Shown in pieces: positions 52,844-62,531 of a stretch of DNA of 64,000 nt. The stretch lies in the NCBI GenBank assembly GCA_038213805.1, contig JBBQSO010000011.1:1-64000 (forward strand). Reading direction: 5' to 3'. Source of the stretch: Planctomycetota bacterium. GTDB lineage: Bacteria; Planctomycetota; UBA11346. The notes beneath the pieces were generated by a model. The model saw nothing but the letters and a program-made list of their open reading frames with translations, was not told where the DNA came from and did not search any database. The stretch's first letter is position 1. The number at the start of each line of letters is the position of its first letter. A program made the translations under genes and the position numbers.

Positions 52844-53701
52844 ATGCCCATGTCCCGCACACTCCTTCCATGCGCCCTGCTGCTCTGCACTGCCGCGCTC
52901 TCACCGGTGCATGGCGCTACTGCCGCGCCCCCGGCTGCGCCCGGGGATCCCACCGAGATCGTGCCCCTGAAGAAGGCCAAGCTCTTCATCTGGGAAGATT
53001 TCGAGGCCACCGACGTCGGTAAGATCCCCAAGGGCTATTCCCCGAGGGGCTCGGTAGGCGTGGTCGACGACGTCGCCCACTCCGGCCGGCGCTCACTCCG
53101 TCTGAACGCGGCGGTCAGCGGCGCCCGCCAGATCGTGAAGCAGGGTGCCGAGATCGCCGCGATCGGTGGCTCGCACTGGGGCCGCCTCTACTACAAGGTG
53201 CAGCTGCCCTCGCCGCTGCCCGCTAACGGTGGCATGCACACCACCATCGTCGTCGGCGCCGCCAAGAGCCCGCTCGACAAGGGCGGCATCGAAGTGCGCC
53301 TGATGGGCACTTCAACCGGTCAGGATGGAGATTTCCGTTACTTATTCAACGTCCAGGCCAAATCATATGAGTTCGGCCCCGCCGCCAAGACGGCGTCAAA
53401 GTACAGCGACGAGTGGACTTTGGCCGAGTGGTACGTCGACTACGCCACCCAGACCTACCGCTTCTTCATCAACGGCGAGGAGATCCCCGAGATCGCCGTC
53501 CACAACGGTCAGGGTAAGTTCGACAAGTCGGAGATCCCCGAAGCCTTTGATTCCCTGGCCTTCGGCTGGCAGAACTACCAGGCCGCCGCCGGCACCGGCT
53601 TTGTGGCCTGGATGGACGACATCGCGGTCAGCAAGGACCGCATCGGGGCGCAAATGCTGATCCCGTTGGCGGGTGAGAAGCCGGGGAAGAAGAAAAAGTA
53701 G
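52844..53701 (+). CDS. Exported beta-jelly-roll protein (Cip1/polysaccharide-lyase-like)
   Basis: Signal peptide, EDFE, AHSGRRSL, WTLAEW, FGWQNY, WMDDIAVS. Confidence 0.65.
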   Translation: MPMSRTLLPCALLLCTAALSPVHGATAAPPAAPGDPTEIVPLKKAKLFIWEDFEATDVGKIPKGYSPRGSVGVVDDVAHSGRRSLRLNAAVSGARQIVKQGAEIAAIGGSHWGRLYYKVQLPSPLPANGGMHTTIVVGAAKSPLDKGGIEVRLMGTSTGQDGDFRYLFNVQAKSYEFGPAAKTASKYSDEWTLAEWYVDYATQTYRFFINGEEIPEIAVHNGQGKFDKSEIPEAFDSLAFGWQNYQAAAGTGFVAWMDDIAVSKDRIGAQMLIPLAGEKPGKKKK

Positions 53702-53811
53702 GAGAGTGGGCGATCGCCTGCCGTGAGGGCCGGCGATCGCCACCGAGAATGAGCGGCAGATGAAGCGGGTAACCGGTTGATGGGGGCCAGTGCGTGCCAA
53801 TCGACGAGATA

Positions 53812-53844
53812 CCCGTAGGCGATGGTCGTCGCATCGCCTACGGG
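53812..53844. terminator. Perfect 13-bp hairpin between convergent genes (bidirectional terminator or GTAG-type REP)
   Basis: CCCGTAGGCGATG-N7-CATCGCCTACGGG. Confidence 0.6.
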
Positions 53845-53864
53845 CATCAAATCTCCATGCCATT

Positions 53865-54419
53865 TTACGGCTTGAGATCGAACACTCCCATCGTCGCGCC
53901 CTGGGCGTCAGTGACCGTAAGGTGCAGAGACCAGGGGACCTCTACGGCCTTGGTATGACCCTGATCCCCCAAGAGCGAGTAGTTGCCCTTCATATCCAGG
54001 CGCTTGAAGGATTTGGGATCAATGGTGATGGCTGACTTCCCGTTGACCTGGATGACGTCCCGCGCACTGCGCATGCCGCTGGTCGAGTACAGGAATCGCT
54101 CCGTGAGATCCTCGGCGGGCAGTTCGTTGCCGGCCGGGATGCTGGGGTAGATATTTTTCTCGGACAGCACCTGAAGGCCATCCCAGATCGGCAAACCGGT
54201 GGCGCGTGCGAAGAGGACGACCTGCTTGTCCGAATGGTTGTCGACCTTGATGCGGTAGGCAACGTGTTCGGTCGTCTGGCGCCAGCAGACGAGGGTGACT
54301 GTCACATCACCGACCGTCTGCATCGGTCCATCCTTCTCGCCGTAGACCTGCTCCCGGTCTCCGCAACCGACGAAGGTGAGACAAAGCGCCGCGACGGCGA
54401 GAGCAAGCAGATGACGCAT
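53865..54419 (-). CDS. Hypothetical lipoprotein
   Basis: MRHLLALAVAALCLTFVGC lipoprotein signal. Confidence 0.7.
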   Translation of the reverse strand: MRHLLALAVAALCLTFVGCGDREQVYGEKDGPMQTVGDVTVTLVCWRQTTEHVAYRIKVDNHSDKQVVLFARATGLPIWDGLQVLSEKNIYPSIPAGNELPAEDLTERFLYSTSGMRSARDVIQVNGKSAITIDPKSFKRLDMKGNYSLLGDQGHTKAVEVPWSLHLTVTDAQGATMGVFDLKP

Positions 54420-54457
54420 GGAAAGTCCTTGGGTTGGAATCGGTGAGGATGAGGGAA

Positions 54458-54946
54458 TCAGCTGGACGCTGCGACGGTGACCGTGAATTCGACGAAATTG
54501 TTGTTTTCGTTGGTCTCGGCGAAGGCGCCCACATCGTCGATGGTGATGCGATAGACCGCAGCGCCGGCGGTGGCCGTGATCGGAACGTCGACGTCGATGA
54601 AGCCGAAGGCCGCCAGCGACGGCACGATTCCGCTCATGAATGCCACGCCGTTCTTCTGGATGGTCCAGTGGACGTTGGACACCGTGGAGTGGAAGCCGTT
54701 GCCGATGTCGAAGCGGAGGATCGGCGAGGGGGTGGCAGTGGTGATCGTGGCCGGGACGGTCTGCGCCCCTTGAAAGAACCCGAGGTCGTTGTCGCCGAAT
54801 TGGCCGGTGGTCGTCCCATTGATGAATTGTGGAGGTGTATTCCCTGATCCGCCACTGCCGCTCCCGCCGCCGCCGTAGCCACAACCGGTGAGCATGGCGA
54901 TGGTTCCGACCACGGTTGCAAGGGAGGCAAAGGCAGAAGTCCGCAT
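54458..54946 (-). CDS. Lipoprotein with CARDB-like Ig domain
   Basis: LTGC lipobox, Gly/Ser linker, ETNENNN motif. Confidence 0.75.
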   Translation of the reverse strand: MRTSAFASLATVVGTIAMLTGCGYGGGGSGSGGSGNTPPQFINGTTTGQFGDNDLGFFQGAQTVPATITTATPSPILRFDIGNGFHSTVSNVHWTIQKNGVAFMSGIVPSLAAFGFIDVDVPITATAGAAVYRITIDDVGAFAETNENNNFVEFTVTVAASS

Positions 54947-55325
54947 GTGATGATGCCTGGTAGTGGGGGACGGAAGACCCCGATCGTAGCGGCACGCAGT
55001 TTGAGGGAAGCTTGGCAACCTCAGGTTTCGGGGATGGGCGAAGGACGCAGCAGCCGACCGTGAGTCACGAGCACTAACCCGTGCCCAGATCCTGGTATAG
55101 GTGCCTATGCACCGCGCCCGCTACCGCGACCGAGCCCAGTAGTGAGCCCGCCCCGAGCCCTTGCGCCGCTGGCACAGAACCCCACACGTCACTCCGGTCC
55201 TCCACCTTCTCCCTCTCTGGTCTTATCGCGCTGCGGTCCGTTCCCGCCAAGTCCCACGCGGCAGCGGCGGTTACTGCCGGGTCTCGCCTCTCCGGCGTAG
55301 CACGGCAGGCGGTCGCGCCGCCCGC

Positions 55326-55679
55326 TCAGTCGAAATGCTCATCGTGTGGATCAAAGGCCGGAACCGGGATGTTGACGATCTTGAGCGCGCCAAGCGCGCG
55401 GTGGCGGCAGCCGGGCTTGATCAGCACGGTGCTCAGGGGCTTGACCGGGATGAGCTCGCCGTCGAGTTCCATGAAGCCTTCGCCCTCGAGGATCAGGTAG
55501 ATCTCGGTCAGCTTGGTGTGGTAGTGGGTGCGTGCGTCGGCCTGGATGTCCACGTAGTGGATGGTCGCCACCGCATTGTCCGGGGTGGCGAAGGCGCGCC
55601 GCGTCCAGCCGCAGGGGCAGCGTTGCGGTTCGAGCTCGTCCAGTTGGGCGAACAGGTAATTTTTCACGGTCGCGGTCAT
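55326..55679 (-). CDS. Cupin-domain protein
   Basis: CPCG, HYHTKLTEIYLILEGEG, PGCRHRA. Confidence 0.88.
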   Translation of the reverse strand: MTATVKNYLFAQLDELEPQRCPCGWTRRAFATPDNAVATIHYVDIQADARTHYHTKLTEIYLILEGEGFMELDGELIPVKPLSTVLIKPGCRHRALGALKIVNIPVPAFDPHDEHFD

Positions 55680-55760
55680 GGCGGGTCCTCGGGGCAGGCG
55701 GGCTGCGCGCTGGTGCGCGGCCGGTGAGCCGCCTAGGATAGCGCCCGGGCGCGGGGGACC

Positions 55761-56573
55761 ATGGCGGAACGGCGGCAGGATTTGGCGAAATCGATGGTGG
55801 TGCGCATCCCGCCGTCGCCGGTGCGCTGTGAGGTGCTCTACCTCCAACGCGGCACCTCGCCGGCTGGCCACGTGTTCGCCGCGCACGCGCACCCGTTCTG
55901 GCAGCTGGAGATCGCCCAGGCCGGCTCCTTCCGCTGCCTGGGAGGGGCGTCCGATCATCGCCTGAATCCCGGCGACGGGCTGCTCATCCCGGCGCAGGTC
56001 ATGCACGGCTTCAGCTACGACCGGCGCAGCCGCCACCTGTCGGTCAAGATGCGTGTGGAGGGCGTCGCCGTCCCCACCGCGATCCTGCCGCTGCGCGCCC
56101 TGTCCGGCTGGTCGGCGCTGCGCGCCGCCCTGCTGGCGATGATCGACGTCGACCGCCCGGATCGCGCCCGCCAGCACGCCGCCGGCCACCTGCTCGCTGC
56201 GCTGGTCGCGCTGGCCTCGGCGCCGCGCACGCCAATCCATGATCCGCCCTCGTTCGTCGAACGCGTGCGCGCCCTGGTCGAGCACGACGGCAACCGCCGC
56301 TGGACGGTCACCGCGGTGGCGGGCGCGCTCGGCTGCTCCGCCAGCCACGCCTCGGCGGTGTTCCGCACCCAGGCGGCGCTCAGCCTCAAGTCATTCCTCG
56401 ACCAGGCCCGCCAGGAAACCGCCGCGCAGGTGCTGGCCACCTCCGCCACGAGCATCGGAGTGGTCGCGGAAGAGCTCGGCTTCCCCGACATCTTCGCATT
56501 CTCGCGCTTTATCAAGCGCTTGGCCGGGGTCAGCCCCCGCAAACTCCGCCAGCGCCTGCAGCAGCGCAGCTGA
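55761..56573 (+). CDS. AraC-family transcriptional regulator
   Basis: Cupin HAHPFWQL; double HTH ending LGFPDIFAFSRFIKRLAGVSP. Confidence 0.92.
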   Translation: MAERRQDLAKSMVVRIPPSPVRCEVLYLQRGTSPAGHVFAAHAHPFWQLEIAQAGSFRCLGGASDHRLNPGDGLLIPAQVMHGFSYDRRSRHLSVKMRVEGVAVPTAILPLRALSGWSALRAALLAMIDVDRPDRARQHAAGHLLAALVALASAPRTPIHDPPSFVERVRALVEHDGNRRWTVTAVAGALGCSASHASAVFRTQAALSLKSFLDQARQETAAQVLATSATSIGVVAEELGFPDIFAFSRFIKRLAGVSPRKLRQRLQQRS

Positions 56574-56594
56574 AGCGCCCGGCCGCAGGTACGT

Positions 56595-59039
56595 TCAGGG
56601 CTTCCCGCCCGGCACGATGGGCGTCTCGCCGACTGCGATCGCATGCACCGCCAGCTTGCCGGTCGCATCCACCAGCTCGAGCGTGAACGGCCGGTCGGTG
56701 CTGACCGTGATGCGGTCGCCGCCATCGTCGTGGACCTGCAGCAGCGAGATGGTGGCGTCGCCCATCGCCAAGCGCCTGAGGCCGTTGGTCTCGCCCGGCA
56801 GGGGCGTCCAGCGCACCGTGCGGTGCAGTGCATCGGCCTCAATGCCGAGCAGGGTTTCGATCAGCAGCCGGATCGGTCCGCTGATCGACCAACTGTAGTC
56901 CGGGCCCGACTGGTTGCCGCGTTCCAACTTCTCGCTGCTGTAATTCTCCCAAATTGAACCGCTGGCGTCGAAGACCGCGAGCATCGCCTCAAGGTGCTTC
57001 ACCGTCAGCGCGCGTGCCAGGTCGAGGCGGCCGGTGCGTTGGAATCCCTTCGCGACCATGGTCTCGGTCGGAGCCCACACCGAACCCAGCCAGTAGTTGC
57101 CGCCAGGCTTGAAGGATGGCGAATCCGCGGCCAGCGACGGCACCGGGTGCAGGCGCCAGAAGGTCGCCGGATCCATGAGCTGGGCAGCGAGGAGGGGGAC
57201 GCGTTCCGCCGGCACGATCCCGGCCCACAGCGGCCAGAAGCCGGTGACCACCTTGTTCGGGTTGTGCTTCCCGTCCGCGAGCGAGGTCGAATAAAAGTGC
57301 ATGCCCTCGTCCCACAGGCGGGCATTGCACGCGACGCCGATGGCGTCGTGCTCGCTGCGCCAAGCCTCGGCCTCCGCCGGCAGGTCGAGCGCGTCAGCGA
57401 TGATCCCCAAGCTCTCCGCGGCGTGCGCCATCTGTGCGGTGAGGTCGGGATAGCCGTCGCCCAGCGAGGGCGAATTATCGAGGCCGTTGGCCAGGCCCGT
57501 TGTCCAGTAGGTGCCGTCCGGCAGGCGGCGATTCGCGCGCAGCCACGCGTGGTAGGCGGACAGGATCGGATAGACCGTGCGCAGGCGGGCGAGGTCCCCG
57601 GTCTGGCGCGCCAAGGCCAGCTCGGCCACCGCGGGCATCGGCGGATTCGGGCTGAAGTCCGGCTCGTAGAGCAGTGGCAGGCCGTCGGCGACCGCGCTCT
57701 CGCGTGGGATGTAGCCGCCGTCCTGCTGGAATGAGTACAGCATGTCCAGCGTCGCGGTGTGCGGGAAGGCGCGCCATCCGTAGACCGTGGCCATGGCGGT
57801 GAAGCAACTGTCCCACACGAAGACCTCGTTGAGGAAGGTCTTGCGCGCGGTGCCGACGTAGGCGTTGGGCAGGCCGCTTGTAGGTGGTGCGCTGCGTACC
57901 AGCTCAAGCACCATCTGCCACGAGCGCGTGTACAGACGTTGAAAGCCGGCGTAGCGCGCGGGCAGCACCGGCTCGGGCACGGCGGCCAGCAGCGCATCCA
58001 CGCCCGGCCACGTCAGGGTGCGGTACTCGCGCTGCGGCGCGTTGCGTCCATGACCTTCGAAGACCGGCATGGCGATGGTGACGTCGCCGTGCGGGCCGCT
58101 GACAATCAGCGGCAGGATCTTCGCGACCTGGCTGGCCGGCTCGGCGCGGGTCTCGAACCCGCCGTCGGCGCGCAGGCGCGGAAGATCACCGCGCTGGACG
58201 GGCACGTAATGCGGCGCACCCGGCAGCGACGTGGGGCGGTCCAGGTCCGGCGCCTTGCCGGCGGGGGCCGGCGCTTCATTGGCCTTCTCAGCCACGGGCA
58301 GACTCGCGCCAAGCGCGGTCGCGAGCAGCGGCAGCTCTGCGGCAGTCCCCGCCCCGGGCATCGCCCGCATGGTGACTTCCTGGAACGCCACGCCGTCCTT
58401 GCGGAACTGGCCGGCGGGGAAGCGCAGCACACATCCGGGCACCAGCGCGTCCTGCAGCGAGGCGTCGACCGTCAGCACGTCGGGCATGGCGGTGGCGACC
58501 ATCGCCAGGACCTCGGCGCGATGGCGCGACGGGCAGTGATCATCGATGCCCTTGGGGTGGATGGAGCGCGCCCCGACCCGGATGGTCAGCGCCAGTTTCC
58601 CTGCCGCGACCGGCAGCAGTAGTGCGATGCGCACGCGGCGCTGGGGATCGCGCCAGGCCAGCGCCTCGTCGACGACCTGCGTGTCCCCGACCCACGCCGA
58701 AAGCGGGCGCGGGCAGTCCATGGCCAGCACCAGTGTTCCGGCGCGCGGGCAGTCCAGCACCAGTCGGCGGCAGGTGTTGTCGCCGCCGACCGGCAGGCGC
58801 AGGTCGGCGGGCGGCGGCGCCAGGGGCGCCAACGTCGCGGCGGCGGCATCCGCGGCGGGGCCGCTCCAACCGACGATAGTCAGGTCCTGTTGGCGAGGAG
58901 TGGGCCAGGCGATTGGCTGCGCGCTGTCTGCCGCGAGGGCATGCTGGCTGGTGCAGATGCCCAGGATGATCGCGATGTGGAAGAGCGCTGCCCACGGGGC
59001 TGGGCGGGTCGCGGTGTACGTTCCCGGCGATGGATTCAT
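56595..59039 (-). CDS. Exported (alpha/alpha)6 glycoside hydrolase (GH63/MGH1/trehalase-like)
   Basis: FVWDSCF, PNPP, GLDNSP, NYWLGSVW, IWENY. Confidence 0.82.
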   Translation of the reverse strand: MNPSPGTYTATRPAPWAALFHIAIILGICTSQHALAADSAQPIAWPTPRQQDLTIVGWSGPAADAAAATLAPLAPPPADLRLPVGGDNTCRRLVLDCPRAGTLVLAMDCPRPLSAWVGDTQVVDEALAWRDPQRRVRIALLLPVAAGKLALTIRVGARSIHPKGIDDHCPSRHRAEVLAMVATAMPDVLTVDASLQDALVPGCVLRFPAGQFRKDGVAFQEVTMRAMPGAGTAAELPLLATALGASLPVAEKANEAPAPAGKAPDLDRPTSLPGAPHYVPVQRGDLPRLRADGGFETRAEPASQVAKILPLIVSGPHGDVTIAMPVFEGHGRNAPQREYRTLTWPGVDALLAAVPEPVLPARYAGFQRLYTRSWQMVLELVRSAPPTSGLPNAYVGTARKTFLNEVFVWDSCFTAMATVYGWRAFPHTATLDMLYSFQQDGGYIPRESAVADGLPLLYEPDFSPNPPMPAVAELALARQTGDLARLRTVYPILSAYHAWLRANRRLPDGTYWTTGLANGLDNSPSLGDGYPDLTAQMAHAAESLGIIADALDLPAEAEAWRSEHDAIGVACNARLWDEGMHFYSTSLADGKHNPNKVVTGFWPLWAGIVPAERVPLLAAQLMDPATFWRLHPVPSLAADSPSFKPGGNYWLGSVWAPTETMVAKGFQRTGRLDLARALTVKHLEAMLAVFDASGSIWENYSSEKLERGNQSGPDYSWSISGPIRLLIETLLGIEADALHRTVRWTPLPGETNGLRRLAMGDATISLLQVHDDGGDRITVSTDRPFTLELVDATGKLAVHAIAVGETPIVPGGKP

Positions 59040-59230
59040 GGCGGTTCTCCAGGATGGAATGGAGCGGAGAGGAGGTGCGAGTCTTGGTGGTCGGGACGCA
59101 ATGACAGTGCGCAGCGTCGGCTGTGGAAGTGGGCGCCTCAATGCCCAGTGGGCCGCTCTCCGAGCATTTCCGGAATGCGCGACGCTGGCGCTTCCAGCAG
59201 GTCCTCGGTCCACTGGCTTCCGGCGTTCCA

Positions 59231-60532
59231 TCATACCCGCCGCACCGCCACCAAACGGTACGGCCGGCCTTCCGGAAATCCGCTCAGCAGCGGAACATCC
59301 GCACCGAGCTGAGGCGCCGCTTCGGAAGCCAGCCCGACTCCGGCCCCAATGCCCGCTTCTGCAACCGCCGCCGCGAGATCGTACGGCTTCCCACCCAGCG
59401 TATTGCAGCACGCCACCAGCAGCCCACCCGGTGCCAGGCGTCGGCAGGCCAGCGTCAGCACTTCGGGATAGTCCCGCCGCAGAATCCATCCGCCGCCACC
59501 CTGCGCAGAGGTCGGTGGATCGCAGATGATGAGGTCGTAGTCATCGCGGTCCTGCGCCAGCAGGGCGCGGCAGTCGCCGTGCAGCACGCGGTGGCGGTCG
59601 GCGACGCCGTTGAGCGCTGCAGCTTCCCCGGCGCGCACCAGCGCGGGCGCCGACAGATCGCTGTCGACCGCGCTGGCGGCGCCCGCTGCGAGCAGGCTGA
59701 TCGAGAAGGCGCCGGTGTAGGCGAAGAGGTTGAGCACCCGCCTGCCCGGGGCCTGCGCGCGCAGCCACACGCGTGTGGCGCGCTGGTCGACGTAGAGCCC
59801 GGTGGCCAGGCCGGCGAACGGTCGCAGCGGAAAGCGCACGCCGAGTTCACGGGCGACGACCACGGTCTCGGGGTCCACGGCACCGCCGTCGACGCGCCGG
59901 GTGCTCACCTCTTCGCGACGCAGATCGTCGAGGTGGTCGCGCACCACCACGGTCGCGCCGGGCATGCGCTCCGCGAGCCAGGCGCAGGCCGCCGCCACGT
60001 GCGGCGCCGCGCAGGCCGCCAGCACCAGCACCACCACCACGTCGCCATAGCGCTCGACGCGCAGGCCGGGCAGGAAGTCGCCCTCGCCGTGCACCAGCCG
60101 ATAGCAGTCGGTGGTTGTGTCCGCGTGCAGGGCGGCGCGGCGTTCCCAGGCGCGCGTCAGGGCGGCGGCGACGTCGAAGCGCGCGTCGGGTTTGCGGTGG
60201 AAGACGCGCGCGCAGACCTCGGCCTGCGGATCGGCGAGCGCGGCGGCGAGCGGCGTACCGCGCTCGTCGATGAGCGTGACCACATCGCCGGCGGAGAGCC
60301 CGGCCAGGCCGCGTGTGAAGCGATCGGGCCGCACCCAGGGATGGCCGGCATCAAGGAAGCGCGCCGTGGTGCGCGAGACCGTCACCAGCGGCCGGCCGCC
60401 GGTCGCACGCTGCTGGGCGACCACGCGTGCCCGCGCCGCGGCATCGGCGGCCGGCGCATGGGCGCCCGCGCGGGGACCGCGCGGGGCGCCGCGATCATCC
60501 TGGCGCCGGCCGTCGGCCGGCGGCCGGGTCAT
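59231..60532 (-). CDS. RlmI/RlmK-like SAM-dependent rRNA methyltransferase
   Basis: PUA-like GHPWV, RLVHGEGDFLPGL, TGLYVDQR, VLNLFAYTG, DPP; ATGA overlap with hisI. Confidence 0.88.
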   Translation of the reverse strand: MTRPPADGRRQDDRGAPRGPRAGAHAPAADAAARARVVAQQRATGGRPLVTVSRTTARFLDAGHPWVRPDRFTRGLAGLSAGDVVTLIDERGTPLAAALADPQAEVCARVFHRKPDARFDVAAALTRAWERRAALHADTTTDCYRLVHGEGDFLPGLRVERYGDVVVVLVLAACAAPHVAAACAWLAERMPGATVVVRDHLDDLRREEVSTRRVDGGAVDPETVVVARELGVRFPLRPFAGLATGLYVDQRATRVWLRAQAPGRRVLNLFAYTGAFSISLLAAGAASAVDSDLSAPALVRAGEAAALNGVADRHRVLHGDCRALLAQDRDDYDLIICDPPTSAQGGGGWILRRDYPEVLTLACRRLAPGGLLVACCNTLGGKPYDLAAAVAEAGIGAGVGLASEAAPQLGADVPLLSGFPEGRPYRLVAVRRV

Positions 60533-60921
60533 GCGATCACCGGTTTGTCGCAGTGCACGCTGCCATCGCGGTCGATGCGGTTCGCGAAGCAGCTGCGCCG
60601 CAGCTGGTGGCAGGCGGGCCCCGGGGCATCGACGCGGTAGAGCACCACGTCGCCGTCGCAGTCGGTGCGCACCTCCAGCACGCGCTGTTTGTAGCCGCTG
60701 GTCTCGCCCTTCACCCACAGCCCACCGCGGCTGCGGCTGTAATAGGTGGCGACGCCGGTGGCCAGGGTCTGGGCCAGGGCCTGGCGATCGGCGTAGGCGA
60801 ACATCAGCACCTCGCCGCTATCATGCTGCTGCGCGATCACCGGGACCAGGCCCTGGGCATCCCAGCGCAGCAGCGCGAAGGCCTCGTCCGGGCGTTCCTG
60901 GGGGGTGATGTCGGCGGGCAT
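60529..60921 (-). CDS. hisI: Phosphoribosyl-AMP cyclohydrolase
   Basis: GLVPVIAQ, YYSRSR..LWVKGETSG, DCDGD, ACHQ..RSCF. Confidence 0.96.
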   Translation of the reverse strand: MPADITPQERPDEAFALLRWDAQGLVPVIAQQHDSGEVLMFAYADRQALAQTLATGVATYYSRSRGGLWVKGETSGYKQRVLEVRTDCDGDVVLYRVDAPGPACHQLRRSCFANRIDRDGSVHCDKPVIA

Positions 60922-61075
60922 GGCGGGGGTCGCTGCGGGAAGGGGGTGGGTGCGGTGGCTGGACAGGGTGGGGCCGGGCCTAGCATCATCGGGCCTGGCC
61001 ACCGCCGGGCCCTGCCGCTGCTCCAGCGTCCGGTCGTCCGCGCACCGTCAACACCCTTCCGCGAATCCCCCGATC

Positions 61076-62521
61076 ATGACCGAGTTCGAGCCCGTCATCG
61101 GCCTGGAAGTCCACTGCCAGATGAAGACCGCCACCAAGATGTTCTCGGGGGCGACCACGGTCTTCGGCCGCGAACCGAACAGCCAGGTCGACCCGGTGTC
61201 GCTCGGTCTGCCCGGCGCGTTGCCGGTGATCAACGGCCACGCGGTCGAACTCGCGGTCAAGGCCGCCCTCGCCCTGGGTGGCCGCGTCCAGGAGCACAGC
61301 AAGTTCGACCGTAAGCACTACTTCTATCCGGACCTGCCCAAGGGCTACCAGATCAGCCAATTCGACGAGCCTTATTGTCTCGGCGGCACGGTCCTGATCG
61401 AACTCGCCGACGGCCGCGAGAAAGTCATCGGCTTGACCCGCATCCACATGGAGGAGGACGCCGGCAAGCTCATCCACCAGGATCATGGCGGCTATTCCGA
61501 GGTCGACCTCAACCGTGCCGGCGTGCCGCTGATCGAGATCGTCTCGAATCCCGAGCTGCGCTCCTCGGCCGAGGCCTATGCCTACCTGATGGAGCTCAAG
61601 CGCGCCCTCAAGTGGGTCGGCGTCTCCGATTGCGAGATGCAGGAGGGCTCGCTGCGCTGCGACGCCAACGTCTCGGTGCGCCCGGTCGGTCAGGACAAGT
61701 TCGGCACCCGCGTCGAGATCAAGAACCTCAACTCGTTCCGCGCTGTCGAAGCCGCCATCGACAACGAGATCAAGACCCAGGTGGCGTTGATCCGCGCCGG
61801 GCGTGGCGCAGAGATCAAGCAGCAGACCAAGCTCTGGGACCCCGACCAGAAGACCACCCGCCTGATGCGCACGAAGGAGGACGCGGCCGACTACCGCTAC
61901 TTCCCCGAGCCCGACCTGCCGCCGCTGCACATCACCGCCGCGCGCCTAGCCGAGATCCGCGCCACCATGCCCGAACTGCCGCGCGTGCGCGAGGAGCGTT
62001 TCGTGGCGGTTCTCGGCCTGGAGCGCGCCGTGGCGCGCGAACTCACCGCCGAGGCGTCGATCGCCGACTACTTCGAGGCGGTCATCGCCGCCGGCGCCAA
62101 GCCCAAGCTCGCCGCCAACTGGACGCGCGAAGAGGCTCTACGCCTGGCCAACGAGCGTCACGAGGCGCTCACCATCGCCGCCCCGGTGGCGACCATGGCG
62201 AAGCTGATCGAGCTGGTCGATGCCGGCAAGGTCGCGCGCGTCGAGGCCAAGATGGAGACCACCGACCTGTTCGCTTCCAAGGAGGACCCCGAGGCCTACT
62301 TCACGCGCAAGGGCAAGATCCTGGTCCAGGACGCGGGCGCGCTCAGCCAGTGGGTGGCCCAGGCCATCGCCCAGGAGCCGAAAGTGGTCGCCGACATCCA
62401 GGGTGGCAAGCTCGCCGCGCTCGGCCGTCTGGTCGGCGTCACCATGAAGCTGTCCGGCGGCAAGACCGAGCCCAACCTGGTCAAGGCCGAGCTGGTGAAG
62501 CAGCTCGGGATCCAGGGCTGA
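61076..62521 (+). CDS. gatB: Asp/Glu-tRNA amidotransferase subunit B
   Basis: IGLEVH, DRKHYFYPDLPKGYQISQ, HMEEDAGK, EGSLRCDANVS, DYRYFPEPDL. Confidence 0.98.
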   Translation: MTEFEPVIGLEVHCQMKTATKMFSGATTVFGREPNSQVDPVSLGLPGALPVINGHAVELAVKAALALGGRVQEHSKFDRKHYFYPDLPKGYQISQFDEPYCLGGTVLIELADGREKVIGLTRIHMEEDAGKLIHQDHGGYSEVDLNRAGVPLIEIVSNPELRSSAEAYAYLMELKRALKWVGVSDCEMQEGSLRCDANVSVRPVGQDKFGTRVEIKNLNSFRAVEAAIDNEIKTQVALIRAGRGAEIKQQTKLWDPDQKTTRLMRTKEDAADYRYFPEPDLPPLHITAARLAEIRATMPELPRVREERFVAVLGLERAVARELTAEASIADYFEAVIAAGAKPKLAANWTREEALRLANERHEALTIAAPVATMAKLIELVDAGKVARVEAKMETTDLFASKEDPEAYFTRKGKILVQDAGALSQWVAQAIAQEPKVVADIQGGKLAALGRLVGVTMKLSGGKTEPNLVKAELVKQLGIQG

Positions 62522-62531
62522 GCCGCGCCAC

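Noticed and set aside
59164..59178. Imperfect palindrome GCATTTCCGGAATGC upstream of the glycoside hydrolase
   Set aside because: Single short instance, and the adjacent AraC family typically does not use such palindromes.
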